A DNA stretch of 64,000 nt, taken from positions 40,981 through 104,980 of IMG/VR virus record IMGVR_UViG_3300029787_000010, one strand, 5' to 3'. Position 1 is the first letter of the stretch. Every line of letters begins with the position of its first letter. Source of the stretch: a virus. The notes beneath the pieces are model-generated. The model saw only the letters and a program-made list of their open reading frames with translations. It was not told the origin of the DNA and made no database searches. Below, one piece after another: positions 14,301 to 22,221 of the stretch. The translations under genes and the position numbers were made by a program.

Positions 14301-17300
14301 CTTTCAATACAAGAGTAGGACTACTAAAAGAAGAAACGATGCCTTTCGCACGCTTGTTTTTGATGCGTGCCAAATGTGGGTTGATAGATGGCCCTGCTCT
14401 AAACTCAACCGCACTGACATACTGTTTGAGCCCATAGTCAATGTTTCCACCCTGTGTCATGGCGTTCGCTCGGTCAAAGTAGAACGAATCCCGACCCTCA
14501 TAACCTGCACTGGAGACTAAGGGGTTGTCAGCCACGCTTTGGTAATTGAGGTTTTCATTGTCAAGCGGTGGCATGACTTGCATGCCCACTTGAAACTCTC
14601 GTTTGAAGCCCGCTGAAAAAGCCCAGTTGTCATCAGCGGCAGCGTTCCCCGCCACTTCTAAATAGCCATTTGCAGTGTTGACCCCACTGTACATGACCCA
14701 CTCACCATTAGCAGTGTACGCTGTCCGTAATCGCAAAGCGCCGTTGATGTTTGCCACAGTGACAGGTATTGATGATGGAGCGGGAAAGACCTTGTGATTC
14801 GTGACATAAACTCGGCGATTAGCAGCATCATATTCAGCACTGACAGTTGTGCCTTCTCGGTGGGTTTTGTCTACGACTGAAACAGAATAAGCACTGTGTA
14901 AGGCAGGGTCTTCCGGCGATGTGCTCGTCGGTCGCCTCCCTACCGGATTCGGTGACCAAGAAGGAGCGGTATATGTAGCATCCAAATGCAACTTCATACT
15001 GTTGTCCGGTCCAACCAAAGCGTTGAAAAATTGGTCATGGAATAATGGAATCTCAACCATAGCACGAGTGCTGGCATACTGCGTGCCCAGTTGATAATCA
15101 TGCTGAACGCTGTTCAATGATTGGAACATACGGTCGTTAATTGTTGTACCATCGTGCACAACAGAACCCTCGTCAAACTTGTTATCCACATGTAAGTTAT
15201 TGCCTACTGATATGCCAACAGCCGTTTTCCAAGCCGCAAAAGAATCCAATTCTCTTCCGTCAAAGTCCACGAAAGTGCCCAAGCCTCGTTGACCTGTACT
15301 TGAAGTAAAGGTAAATGCAGTTCCTGTCTTTGATGAATATGTAGCGTAAGCAAAAGCATTATCGGTACCAGTATCAGTGGAGACTGGTTGCTTGAAGTAA
15401 ATACGCCCATTTTGAGGGAAGCAGTATGTGCCCCACGATGCCAAGTCAGTGGCGGCGTTGTTTAACGGAACAACAGTGATAGTGGTTGAGCCAAGTGCAC
15501 TCACTTTAGTTACGCAATCTCGTCGCAGCGACCAGCCAAGGCGTGAAACAGCACTGGGACTAAAGGTGGGCTTTGTGTTGACAGCCCCTTGACCGGGACC
15601 GCCCATGGTCATGGTGACGACAGGGGCACCGGGCATAATCTCCTTGACAACAAACGAGTCGGGCGCACCATCGCCTTTGACATTGACGGAGTTGGACAGT
15701 GCGTCAGCCACTAACCCATGTGCTCGCAAAGTAATGTCTTGTCCGTTCATGGACAACTGGAAATCCAATACTTTCCCACGGGACATGACATATTGTACAG
15801 CGACTTTATTGGGCGTTGTTGAGTCTTCCTCAAGCGTCAGCATTTTTGACAGTTGGTTGAAACGAGTGCGGTCATTGGGTTGAACAATAAGTCGTACACT
15901 TGCTCCTTGGCCACGATGACTGACAATGTCAAACACTTCATTGATAGGAGTGCCTTGATTGCTGTTGCTACGAGATTGGCGTATGGGTTGGTAGAACAGT
16001 TCTTCTCTGTGAACAATCGCCGCTGTGCTTCCCGAAGAAATGGTGATACTGGTCGCTGATAATGCTGAAATCTCACCCAAATTTTGACCATGTAAACTGT
16101 AAAGCGGAACACCAACAGCGAACACAGTAGTAGCATCAACGCCACTGACGGTAAAGTTAGTAGTAGATGCCGCATAGCCACCTGCGTTATTGACGAGGAC
16201 GCCTGTGCGGACACGACGACCATGAGCAAACTTTGCTTTGAAATTACCATTGGAGTCAACCTCCGAACCAAGGTCTTCTACTTCGGACGGGGTTACAATC
16301 AATTTATGGAAGTAGGACGGACGAGCGTTATCATCGTAGAACGCAGTGGGTATGATACTTGGTGCACTTTGTGGACTGTCCGATGAGTGAGACGGCAGGT
16401 AGTTTTTAGGTGATTTTGTTTCATCCAAAGCCCCTTCATGCAGCGTTCCTTCTGTGTCATCACCGATTAAGTCGCCGTCTTCAAAGTAAAAATCCGATGT
16501 TGCTCCAAACTCAATGACACCACCGGGAGCGTAGAGAACAGCAGTGCCGGCTGCAATGTCCGTATGCATGATGTCCAGCACTCGTGTGCCCGAAGTCACC
16601 TCTACGCTGGCCTTGGGCACGGTCTTGTTGACAATCAGTGCGCTGCCGTCAAGTGTTGTCCGTACAATAGCACCAGTCACTGCGGCTGTTTGGAAGGCTG
16701 AGGTGGGTGCCGAAGAAAAGGTAAGAGTGGCAGGTGAATGACTGATAGTCACAGTGATGGACGATGCTCCTGCAACTTCGGAGCCAATGAATACCTTGTC
16801 AGCCGTCGTTGTTCCTGTGTCCTTACCAAACGCTTTCGTGCTTTGTAAAGTGATGACATTGCTGCTGTAGTTTGCTGCCAAGCGACCTGTAGCAGCGTAC
16901 TGCAAGCCCGTGCCACCGAAGTCAATCGCTTCGTAGTGAACTTGTACAAAGGGTGCATAATCGTGAGTGGCCAGTGTTGGGAGTTTAAGGATGGCAATAC
17001 GAGGCTCCGACGAAGGTGTAAGGTGACGAGTATGCTCAGTTCCTGTCGGGTCCGTGTCCTGTAGACCTTTGAGTGCAAACGGCTCTGCATCAAATCCTGT
17101 GCCCCCAATAGCCAGTAGACCACGCTTTGTGTCATCAATGCCAGCCATTCCATTTTCTACGACCTGTGTAGGGCTTGAAGTAAAGGTAGCGTGGCTAACT
17201 GAGAAATCACCAACTTCGTCATGGAACGCTACTTCCGAGCCAGCCACGACGACATCTTTCAACTGACCATAGCGACCTGTAAAGGTGGCTTCCATAATTT

Positions 17301-18792
17301 GAGCAACGGCGTCTACTGATTGTTCTACAAAGGCAGCACTTGCTTCGGGTAAAACACCCATAAAGGGGTGGCCAGCGACATGGTTGAGCGTGTGTCGCCC
17401 AGTATGTCCAATCAAGAACTTGTCATCCATCCGAGTCGTGGCCGAGAACTTGGTGTAGTCATTATCAGTGATAGCCATCGTTGTAGAGAACATGATGCCG
17501 TGATTTTGCAGGTCACTTTCATCAATCAAAACTTGTCCTTGCCGGTGAGAAAATTGTGTTCCTGTTCCAACCTTTTGGTTCGGGTTGTCTTGACCCGCAT
17601 CTACCAAACAATCCCCAGTCACAATCACGCCAATACCTGCGCTGTGTGTCATCAATGCTCCACGACGACCCGTGCTGGCATTTGAAGCAAAGTCCAAATG
17701 AATGCTCTCTACAGTCATGGTCCCAGCAGAAGCATCTACCGCAGTGATGCGCATACGCTCGGGGGCTTCTCGGTTTGGAATACCAGTATCGTTGTCATAG
17801 CCCAACGGGTTGATAAGCAAGTTGTAAGGGACATGCGGTATTGAAACAGTAGAAGTCGTACCTCCGCTGTTTGTACGAGTCACAGCGTAATTACCAGTTG
17901 ATTGGGGCGAAGTGGTCAAAGTAACTGATGACTCACCTGCCTTTCCAGTGAATGAGTCAACCAATGTTTGAGCAAGCGTAGTCCCAATGCTGATAGACGA
18001 AGACACACCTGTCTGCGCAGATATGGAAGGTAGGTCAAGAACTGTCGTGAACGGCTCTACAGGCTCTTCAAATCGCCAAAGTCCAATTGTACTGTCACTC
18101 TTGATAGGCATTTCAAAACGAGAAGCAGCGTCGGAAGCCCCACGCATCCAGTGAATGGCTTCAATGACTCCACGATATTCACCTCCGGTACCGCCGATAC
18201 TGAGGGTCGTAGGGTAGAGCACAAGTTCATGGTCTTCTGTAAGTTGACGCTGTGCCACGACAGTACCGTTAATAGCCAGTGAAAGGACTCGCCGGTCAAA
18301 GGTCGCCGTGACCAGCATCAATTCTCGGTGCCCCAAGTTAAGGGCCGTAAGGTCATTCTTCCCTTTGTCCTGCGCACTGAATGTGTCGTGTACATCGTCA
18401 CCTGCTTGTGGAAAAGTAATGCCGTCCCAATAAGCAATTTCGCCGTCGGGCCCGGACACACTTTTCGCAGTGCTCAGTGTAAATGTGTTGACAGCGCCGT
18501 TGTTGGCGTTTCGCAACTGAACTTGGAAATGAGCCGGGCCCGGACTTGATGGGCTGCCGACAATGAGGCGGCAGATGTTTTCTTGTTCCCACACGATACC
18601 TCCCGAGTCGGGGATGACCCACGCTTCAAGTGTAAACGAAGAAAGTGAATTGAGTGGTGACTGGTTGTTCAAATCACTCCCTTCGTGCAACTCACCGAAG
18701 TTGCTTCGGAAGTTCATGCGCGGGACAGTGACACCATCAGTGACGCCATTGAAGAAGAGAGCGTGACTTGGCTTCATCAATAACGACATCAA
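2329..18792 (-). CDS. Giant tail-tip/adhesin protein (5487 aa) with N-terminal LamG/ConA-like domain and an internal beta-propeller
   Basis: Uninterrupted 16.5-kb ORF. N-terminal 'ALFFNG...SFTLEAWV...VTATFD...LAING...LSIGG...GLWRFEE' is LamG-like; four 'GTK' propeller-blade repeats at about 4.4-5.4 kb; follows the Dit-like genes. Confidence 0.8.
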   Translation of the reverse strand: MMSLLMKPSHALFFNGVTDGVTVPRMNFRSNFGELHEGSDLNNQSPLNSLSSFTLEAWVIPDSGGIVWEQENICRLIVGSPSSPGPAHFQVQLRNANNGAVNTFTLSTAKSVSGPDGEIAYWDGITFPQAGDDVHDTFSAQDKGKNDLTALNLGHRELMLVTATFDRRVLSLAINGTVVAQRQLTEDHELVLYPTTLSIGGTGGEYRGVIEAIHWMRGASDAASRFEMPIKSDSTIGLWRFEEPVEPFTTVLDLPSISAQTGVSSSISIGTTLAQTLVDSFTGKAGESSVTLTTSPQSTGNYAVTRTNSGGTTSTVSIPHVPYNLLINPLGYDNDTGIPNREAPERMRITAVDASAGTMTVESIHLDFASNASTGRRGALMTHSAGIGVIVTGDCLVDAGQDNPNQKVGTGTQFSHRQGQVLIDESDLQNHGIMFSTTMAITDNDYTKFSATTRMDDKFLIGHTGRHTLNHVAGHPFMGVLPEASAAFVEQSVDAVAQIMEATFTGRYGQLKDVVVAGSEVAFHDEVGDFSVSHATFTSSPTQVVENGMAGIDDTKRGLLAIGGTGFDAEPFALKGLQDTDPTGTEHTRHLTPSSEPRIAILKLPTLATHDYAPFVQVHYEAIDFGGTGLQYAATGRLAANYSSNVITLQSTKAFGKDTGTTTADKVFIGSEVAGASSITVTISHSPATLTFSSAPTSAFQTAAVTGAIVRTTLDGSALIVNKTVPKASVEVTSGTRVLDIMHTDIAAGTAVLYAPGGVIEFGATSDFYFEDGDLIGDDTEGTLHEGALDETKSPKNYLPSHSSDSPQSAPSIIPTAFYDDNARPSYFHKLIVTPSEVEDLGSEVDSNGNFKAKFAHGRRVRTGVLVNNAGGYAASTTNFTVSGVDATTVFAVGVPLYSLHGQNLGEISALSATSITISSGSTAAIVHREELFYQPIRQSRSNSNQGTPINEVFDIVSHRGQGASVRLIVQPNDRTRFNQLSKMLTLEEDSTTPNKVAVQYVMSRGKVLDFQLSMNGQDITLRAHGLVADALSNSVNVKGDGAPDSFVVKEIMPGAPVVTMTMGGPGQGAVNTKPTFSPSAVSRLGWSLRRDCVTKVSALGSTTITVVPLNNAATDLASWGTYCFPQNGRIYFKQPVSTDTGTDNAFAYATYSSKTGTAFTFTSSTGQRGLGTFVDFDGRELDSFAAWKTAVGISVGNNLHVDNKFDEGSVVHDGTTINDRMFQSLNSVQHDYQLGTQYASTRAMVEIPLFHDQFFNALVGPDNSMKLHLDATYTAPSWSPNPVGRRPTSTSPEDPALHSAYSVSVVDKTHREGTTVSAEYDAANRRVYVTNHKVFPAPSSIPVTVANINGALRLRTAYTANGEWVMYSGVNTANGYLEVAGNAAADDNWAFSAGFKREFQVGMQVMPPLDNENLNYQSVADNPLVSSAGYEGRDSFYFDRANAMTQGGNIDYGLKQYVSAVEFRAGPSINPHLARIKNKRAKGIVSSFSSPTLVLKDGSDFPLDITANSNYAYRVRYYDTTASAFKHAHYNTRTGNSLALVSIDSGFNPPVGTEITLIDVHTTTSIFPEVNTNYFLNTAWANPYCPGGLRAGDTVWMNMHYTNPHATEGLFCKSRGTLNEGEVWEGFLGGEGDLATIPRSSLPLENFLIGNSCLETARNFVQHVNKTIEMNYESLGLSSAIPVVAYLDPYQSTEEHARVLLYDVAHDREFIAFQDLHMQVQSSPAAVKIGTDNEGSGAHDNDKRNSGIDVAAGFASQNKNLASSASSEFVEASMSHNSTWNANVAIGSHATGYHEQTPQVSSIMPRTQDATVDTSEANTLHQQMLKDTTEQATFFDTPDGTRVIPAFLSMKGIRSSTLDLSTHEEDRLQHLPHWTNMDFVRRLVIDLGEVGVKEGVTDIEAAAKEVVRLINQAGAKNGRTHARRPADQYLGEGERFDLGKGETSVNTGRIKDPAARHQRADFAATGSTHDPAPFWNKDTAFGSHDRGSHMGYMRAHLGRIVTDEDGKEGYSVVIHSTVPGASGRNFCVWLDASRAQTPYRPEFLIGHGGRFRNYWCQPNEKDGENMHPAPMPINRLGRPFAPITTLREYLPVEQTSDEYRNNLDFGPEIQSSVSLNTESTTEHATGRSANTVVDSNFEPKASGQVIVNGLRVGSQAIGRINFGGLTQAGIPGWAPDCSRWGYGPDGENVRFDHIYGDNEHIGTKQHGLVNQLAGSYIPDDEIRPDKIGDGQMYGIRLADHRGKSHTVRFVYRQFGEAFAGDLTHLPETLDDEIVIYFDDRDVGQGGFTVGKHMAGKGDVNGRYTAGTKSSFKGNLWNNYNSPAVGISISVEKDGSNDNLKFTLASPYDNGGSFTHTDILGYLGLPDSGLIQLNDMGSGNNGEVYYYTSRSHEGKAGIGGSNEHFLYGVKNIGSNYQSGKVTRIMSPRINFTCVLTDEVMAAAVNFAINMDDPNTDDVAATTFDCTGLYAPDGRTLGEWGVKPGAVRIKAYSSKDRVVPLNHLFESSLTPDLGIQASVADADLSASQINDSMRIDCGYLPKTLLTITTKFRGPNANTATPVLVNSQNNIVSTDLWRQNLRGDNFYRLPGDRIIPMVNSPMIEIATINTGTPHIETDNSNNELLFLALTPASNDSNSWGNQVVLWLGEENWARVQSTAGSTSHYHATIVSHSDDFLTTAVAGDILVKQNSIAKSRYLQGIRTKGSKHGEPFLYFRGGKPSPDRWVPLYFGGGFSGVTVDINDGTENDYSEFYTHPYADGPTGASGMQNVGEVAGSYALLDANAMLAMFPGTPYLNQHNGRNHMPFFNQDAMLSPDLDAGNNTNASSTGVTYAGGGFTVNCARPSPIVIRFGHPHARYDSTPQADDSTTYLVFGPGQAVPHNFASFEPQLSNIIETGNGYSAVPTNHPVSGLSLLPNIITHGDASIQGFGARLPPAKEYQKTNVQGFNFILNWEPTKGSPNATYYGQSAGEGRYYQSQLGASSPPANAHLMNEVFTNVAGVAMGHASLPTTHASGCVWHMDGGYHPGGHFLDNHIIRNIKHPKSTQRLATGSGTSQNPSVFRVASALAKAYLGTYGSEAAMDHTDNIFIIDATRCQNAEELAAVVATSINTFPGTEPLKAIGGTFLPSMQHAAKQDRYGWVTLDAVQNTGYTEHASGPTAATLTVTSAIPTTLPQYGWLRVSDGAVSGFAPYVSYTGATFTLGVNTITSNSNIVNPVSKAAIPSATFNGPNVKVYVWTKAGTHRYDNSNESINERTQVHFNGLMDAVDRTKPIGAVGWAGERYSYLNSLEVGTTSTFAAGLGAWHPFLGFSPYGSAESCIGSVSPHGSIDTITTLSSESCVHGLASRHLIAVTHESELPLIAKTDRDGIIAMGDWLDVKRSATLANAGTVAWNTGKVHNKDRYVSHATAGPHIEATMVNTTTSFPQKATSYPAVGTEAYWHSRVTAASHISRGDACHSPTGDLFWDKSIVPARANHEDSATYGVECTGVTTKIQYYSTSEGLYKYYNGRQAARNFLEEHVVWKRMDGGNLTLPASNARGLGMTPWVVRKDSSTYKTVGEKVLGNNRFSFETTNKAMMPLIQAQELSHPQLELNYPLVESALNIPNEELQFRSLQVVDDTGQEHRLEGGSPLGTIIYDFRHVSDRDLEGLAPSLAGDGVSPNMRIRLPLANEIPGNIIVRPGFDRIQGYQTETMGAGGIMHPLQGEGAVKDTFADTYTGPRLWPTWENNGWEHLSQDGSDVSNDRLAFPNSSTQGWQQHTDNASLKTAYEPHDRALHFHVTKMGATMTHRYDVDELTYSSFSGTEITVGSTPEAATWTDSNEQSSGRYFLRVYDPTTDKGVIASYTGVGTNKFTGVVYSPDFSSFVAGKTGLKVVPSYYMPAGSTRFFAARRLRDHAEYSGASPDMPTIDWPNVGTTPMTQLGTPKLTPMPIPRMGHHYVNATMAMMPGHYAHPAYQRLYDLHRAASAASVISVEEEFSDEGKRPHRDPLIWFSGPTASVSPSDIHGGAFTLLTETKLKFEGYGIAASIDANKTGGHSIVLEAAGTYTQNNHFPDPMEVGAYQIVIQPNLFKQQFNGYHRNGPANNVPDGSVIELTGQQVNTVIAIEHSTSGDGGYTLVLAEATMADVRGCEILLNELMLDIEPDAGSQFTNLPPLALYNPLGVEESASPAFSRRSLPYHPNMFVETTPGFTITVPWWAQLHKDGARAAAATYFRHLEWHTPDHYYQLNRATFGAVGAQITLAGYPTCYPDIYAEHFRIRSLNPNTRATAKDDSAKTITVTNAELFPVDPYYGEQLEYIDSNGERQLATYTHRVGTLAHATLGSPVQFAGVVNITPNFWTNLTVSGSGTIVKLTGPYANRFADEIYTDSNKSIVTRNLLQTYTGTRDTNSLHLPDAFLCMWHPNLGRPFTYYSDDGSRSFYTKAGDVDSPVLKKGLNNIPEHYETVHYNDFFYAASKGPFALGMNWLKPPYEETISYSLQAVSDSVGTTANRKGINFQQIHATTTWLTGMRVVGDDIIVSNRGNNNDYDTDNVFFSKIDIANTDGLYDQQSAGLGDSDLNSCDGFDIDPSGTKMIVTDFHGGGIRSATLASAFDVSSTFTFTGSKNLSSQTGIRAAAWNGDGTKYFVGYASTLRQFSTASPYIVASGDTEGTSASISASTISDILFNSDGTKMWLSGASGYVREYTLSTPYDTSTSSLDVTLDLRTYFLNKSASVSQSGSDTTPWVSGIDWSDDGTKLYVSTLWGVIDDSKMSNNPSPATVNGVDGASTTNRFPIMEISISTTSSVGGTGAIFTASQLDATSALSHQGGTIGSDKFNFAGYWPGGSRGGAGSSRLDGFLEALIGWGGKLFGVDCVSFRDNSGVDERTYAQMTSDSDDARNYCFGYRMAVRQPMNRPRWSPYVRGYLEVANSNALLGYYHGPFVQQDSKTDGWKAGTDYPASYAGILERLTQISALFNEDQLGRQVRYSDGRRMTKPFGCPVRVLRNPSTVRKMYAGDAAGKEIYELANAHRYYLVDWWGNTRGEDVRRFPVRGFGISPAWDPENAYTDGGRNDRPANRGLFASYDDRQSGNSNTVNNDATDMGTVDWFNPANSMRVGDRGDGRGVRWPTHFNESLLMDVSESIEPTGLVLSQPTSEPTIGKGLNRPRNDVLQAEEIERGISARLELDSEEGLLKPEAMVSESIETVSANTDMTDPVGADGVRIGLDVDTMSELNDGESQEYIIMSTEAHSLHSNRSVGQRITLRGAKDVGSQTLGHLDMTALSWSAQPVKGILKISDAHSMWSLGGTYIMDWSVRQGALSDEGWGKANTASTSNPYQDANHDPTDGKTNVSDSRIEFLVRPVRTLDKHHAQLFRGKRMLKTGSPQDGSNFYLATGGGKYGIYTSDAPSARTGTPSSPPYSPVYSIAPNTSVTASDSNGPKILGVDVTGYDKTDITNPVARIVMSENTLEHFRSDAARKEDFSVEPRYSQSLHPKGADGDTNFNTGDHSTE

Positions 18793-20084
18793 TTCACCCC
18801 TATTACATGGTCCGCACTGACTACTTGTAAATCAAACCTGTAGTAGTTTTCCGCACCTTCTTTGCTCATGTGGAATGATTCGGGTATCACCGAAATGCCA
18901 CCGCTATTGAGGGTCGCACCTCGCGCCGTAACCTTAGCCCACGCATCTCCAATGACATCGCCAATACCATCTATAGAAAAGCCAAACACATCTTCAATCA
19001 CACTGGATTCGGGCTCACCTGTTTCTTCTTGGCCACTGCTGTCAAAAGCGCCGATGTCCATCGGCAGCGTACTCGGGCGAGTGTTGCGAAGCGAGCCCTT
19101 CTGCAAAGGAGACACTTTGCCCGCAGTGAGAAAAAAATTGCGTACAACAGGCGTAATGTCGTTTGAAGTGATGAGTGAGTTGTAGGGTATTTGGATGCCT
19201 CGTAAAAGGTCCTTGTCCTTTGTGCTATTCGCCAGCAAACCAAGCAAATTTTGGGCCTTATCACCTGCGCTCAAAACCTTACCTCCCAAGCCGTCCGAAC
19301 TGGTTTTTTGAACTGCGATTGGGACCGGCCGACCTAATCCTGTATTCATAGCGAAAAACGGATTGTATCGCACAGCGTCGTTGACAAAGGTGTCCACCAA
19401 TGTTAGCGTAGTACCCGAAACGGAGTCATTGAAAGCATCAGTCACTTGCTTTCCACTCACGCCGTCCACGCTACTTGTTTTGGTAATTTCAGTGGTCAAT
19501 TGAAGGGCATCCTGTACGATAAGTGCTAATGTGCTGGCGGGGTTTGAGTTGGCTGAACTGTACATCACACCGCCAACCGGGACATCAATTTGCACTTTGC
19601 CTGTTTTTTCAGCCAAATTAAACGATGCGTTGACAGATGGTGTAGCGGAGCCGCCTGCACGGTTTGAAACAGAACTGTTGAATTGTAGGACTATGTAGTT
19701 GCCCGACAGAAGCGAAGCACCACCATTTGGTGAGTTGTATCGCCAGTAGGCTGGCTGCAAGCCGATGAGCGAAGATTGTAGGTTGGTCTGTGTCGCAGTG
19801 TTTTGTACATTAACGACAGGTGTAGTTGTCGGCAATATGTTGGCGAAGTTCATGACGAGGGACGAAGGTGCAGAAGTAGTAAGGGCGCTCATAGGGTCGT
19901 CTTGAATGATGCCTTGTACACTGATGACGATTTGGGGTATGTTGGTATCAATGGCTGCACGATAGGAACTGATAGGTACAGGGAATGCAGCCACTGTCCG
20001 CTCGGCCACGATGTTGATGTCGGTGGCGTCCACGAAGACCTCATGTCGGTCTTTCTCGCCAAAAATCAGTCGCAGCGGAATCAT
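18789..20084 (-). CDS. Distal-tail (Dit)-like protein, paralog 2
   Basis: Shares 'SAGDKAQxLLG..ANS', 'GIQIPYxS' and 'RNFFxTxGK' and the N/C-terminal layout with 20094..21749; located after the tape-measure slot. Confidence 0.55.
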   Translation of the reverse strand: MIPLRLIFGEKDRHEVFVDATDINIVAERTVAAFPVPISSYRAAIDTNIPQIVISVQGIIQDDPMSALTTSAPSSLVMNFANILPTTTPVVNVQNTATQTNLQSSLIGLQPAYWRYNSPNGGASLLSGNYIVLQFNSSVSNRAGGSATPSVNASFNLAEKTGKVQIDVPVGGVMYSSANSNPASTLALIVQDALQLTTEITKTSSVDGVSGKQVTDAFNDSVSGTTLTLVDTFVNDAVRYNPFFAMNTGLGRPVPIAVQKTSSDGLGGKVLSAGDKAQNLLGLLANSTKDKDLLRGIQIPYNSLITSNDITPVVRNFFLTAGKVSPLQKGSLRNTRPSTLPMDIGAFDSSGQEETGEPESSVIEDVFGFSIDGIGDVIGDAWAKVTARGATLNSGGISVIPESFHMSKEGAENYYRFDLQVVSADHVIGVN

Positions 20085-20093
20085 CGTGGCACC

Positions 20094-21749
20094 TCACAGG
20101 ATAAAGTCCGACGCAATCATTTGTAGTCGGAAATTGTAAACATTGGATTGGGCTTGGTGTTCAAGTTGAAGGTCCGTGATAATCGCTTTGATACCTTTGG
20201 TTCTTGCACCATTTTGTGTTGAACTGAATGCGTCACTGGCTGGGTATGGGTTGCTGGAAGACAACTTGCTATCCGTTGATTTGCTCTTACCGTGTGTGAT
20301 GAAAAAGTTGCGCTGCTCCTTTATCTCGCTGCTTGAAGTAGCGGAAGAATCGTATGGGATTTGAATGCCCAAGATGTAATCCCCCTTGTCGCTGGCTTCA
20401 TAACTGCGTAAGTTCTCAACAGCGGTCATAACTGCTTCGGAAAATTCGGAAGGAGTAGACGAATTGGGCTGAAAGTTTTGACTGTTGGCTACAATGCCAA
20501 GGAGGTCTTGCGCCTTGTCACCTGCTGATTTGACCTTCTTACCAGCCCGACCACCAGTGAATCCAGTTGACTCAAACGACACAGCGTAGGGAATGTTGTC
20601 TTGAATGGTGCCTTCCAATGCCCCTAACTCTACATCGGTCTTCTGTGTAATCGTGAGGAAGGTTTGGTCCCCTCCAACTCCAGCAGATGTCACTGCCGAA
20701 TAAACATCTCCGACTTCTTTCCCTCCAGCAGCGTCAACACTCCGACTGCACATTCCTCCGACATTGGTAGGCGAACTGCTGTTGAATGCATTCATTACGA
20801 TGTGTGCCAAGACCTCACCGGGGTTGGTAGCAGTGCCTATACTACGGGCTGCTCCATTTTGGAAAGCGGGGGCCGTTTGGTCAAACATGTGATTGATTGG
20901 AATAACCACAACTGGCATGGTGTCATTCAAAATAGAAGAATAGGGGACATGAGTGGCTGCCAGTATTTTGACAGCATGGCCGTTTGTCGGCGTTGTGTTG
21001 GAATCGTTGAATAGTGTAATGGTGTTGGAAGTGACGCTGCTGACAGCGCCGAAAAGGTTCGCAGCAGAACCGTTACCAGTTATAGTGAATGAGTTGGACT
21101 GAGCACCAGTGGTTTCAAACCATTCACGCGGGTCCCCTCCAGTCACGGTAATGGTGCGAGTTGAACTATTATAACTGTCAACGACAAGGTTTGTCGTTCG
21201 GAAACGATTAACATAAGCATACGGCTCTTGGACAGAGCCACTTCGCCTGCTATCAAAGACGAAGCGAACATGACGACTTCCTACAGGTTCGTCTGTCTTG
21301 TACCAGTAGCCAACGGGTAAATCAAAGTATTTCCCATGGAGATTATTGAGGTAAGCAAAATGAGTATTGCTGGGCGTAGTTGGTGGCATAGTCGGCAATA
21401 AAAATCCAATGTCTGCAAAGCGAGAGAATCCGGATTTAGTACCAGTTGAAGGAGGGAAAAGGTTCGTGTGCCCATTACCGGGAGGGTTAGCGAATGGAGC
21501 ATCCGTACCAAAGTCCATCGTAGCCGTGGCAAACTCGGACTTCTCTTGCCCTTTGTCATCCACGAATGTTCCTTCCAACTCCAGCATGACAGCGGCCATG
21601 TTGAGGTCAATACCAAATTTCGCACCGTCCGTGAAAGGCGTTGTGATAGCCGAAGAAGTCCGGTCTACGACAAACTCCACCTTGTGAGCCAAGAGTTCAA
21701 TGGTGTCACCATCCTCTCGCACAAGTCGGACAGGCAATTGCTCTACCAT
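20094..21749 (-). CDS. Distal-tail (Dit)-like protein, paralog 1
   Basis: Directly follows the TMP candidate; N-terminal 'PFTDGAKFGIDLN...LELEGTF' and C-terminal 'YNFRLQM' fit a Dit/tube-like fold with large insertions. Confidence 0.55.
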   Translation of the reverse strand: MVEQLPVRLVREDGDTIELLAHKVEFVVDRTSSAITTPFTDGAKFGIDLNMAAVMLELEGTFVDDKGQEKSEFATATMDFGTDAPFANPPGNGHTNLFPPSTGTKSGFSRFADIGFLLPTMPPTTPSNTHFAYLNNLHGKYFDLPVGYWYKTDEPVGSRHVRFVFDSRRSGSVQEPYAYVNRFRTTNLVVDSYNSSTRTITVTGGDPREWFETTGAQSNSFTITGNGSAANLFGAVSSVTSNTITLFNDSNTTPTNGHAVKILAATHVPYSSILNDTMPVVVIPINHMFDQTAPAFQNGAARSIGTATNPGEVLAHIVMNAFNSSSPTNVGGMCSRSVDAAGGKEVGDVYSAVTSAGVGGDQTFLTITQKTDVELGALEGTIQDNIPYAVSFESTGFTGGRAGKKVKSAGDKAQDLLGIVANSQNFQPNSSTPSEFSEAVMTAVENLRSYEASDKGDYILGIQIPYDSSATSSSEIKEQRNFFITHGKSKSTDSKLSSSNPYPASDAFSSTQNGARTKGIKAIITDLQLEHQAQSNVYNFRLQMIASDFIL

Positions 21750-21750
21750 C

Positions 21751-22215
21751 TCAAATACCCCTGCTCACTCCACTGTTCTGCAACGAGCCGCCCATTTTGG
21801 AACGGAGTTGCTTAGACACCATGGCCCCAAGTTCTTCTGCCAGTTTCTTCTTGTCACTGCGGTCAGTGATTCCGGAGACATCAATTTTGATAGCGCCGAT
21901 GTTGACATTTTGGTTTTGTTCTACTGAGCCAGCCGGCTGATTTTGCGGAAGGGCATCGGTCTGCTGAGGAGGTCGGAACGCTGTCTGCTGTGCTTCTTCT
22001 AACACACCCTGCACATTGCGCATGGGCTCAATGCTTTGCATTTGGCGCAATGCCTCACGCAAATCACGAGTGCGGGTGTGTGAAACATTCATGATGCGAT
22101 TGAATCCACTGAGTTCGTCTCGTAGCCGATTCATGTTTTTGGTGGAATCATCGCTGTATTCAGCGAAGCGACGCATGGAATCAACTGTGCGTGGGTCAAG
22201 GTTCTCGTCTACCAT
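21751..22215 (-). CDS. Very short tape-measure-like protein (154 aa)
   Basis: Occupies the TMP slot between the chaperones and Dit; helical N-terminus; C-terminus 'NVNIGAIKIDVSG...LAEELGAMVSKQLR' is typical of TMP ends. Confidence 0.55.
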   Translation of the reverse strand: MVDENLDPRTVDSMRRFAEYSDDSTKNMNRLRDELSGFNRIMNVSHTRTRDLREALRQMQSIEPMRNVQGVLEEAQQTAFRPPQQTDALPQNQPAGSVEQNQNVNIGAIKIDVSGITDRSDKKKLAEELGAMVSKQLRSKMGGSLQNSGVSRGI

Positions 22216-22221
22216 ACTTCA

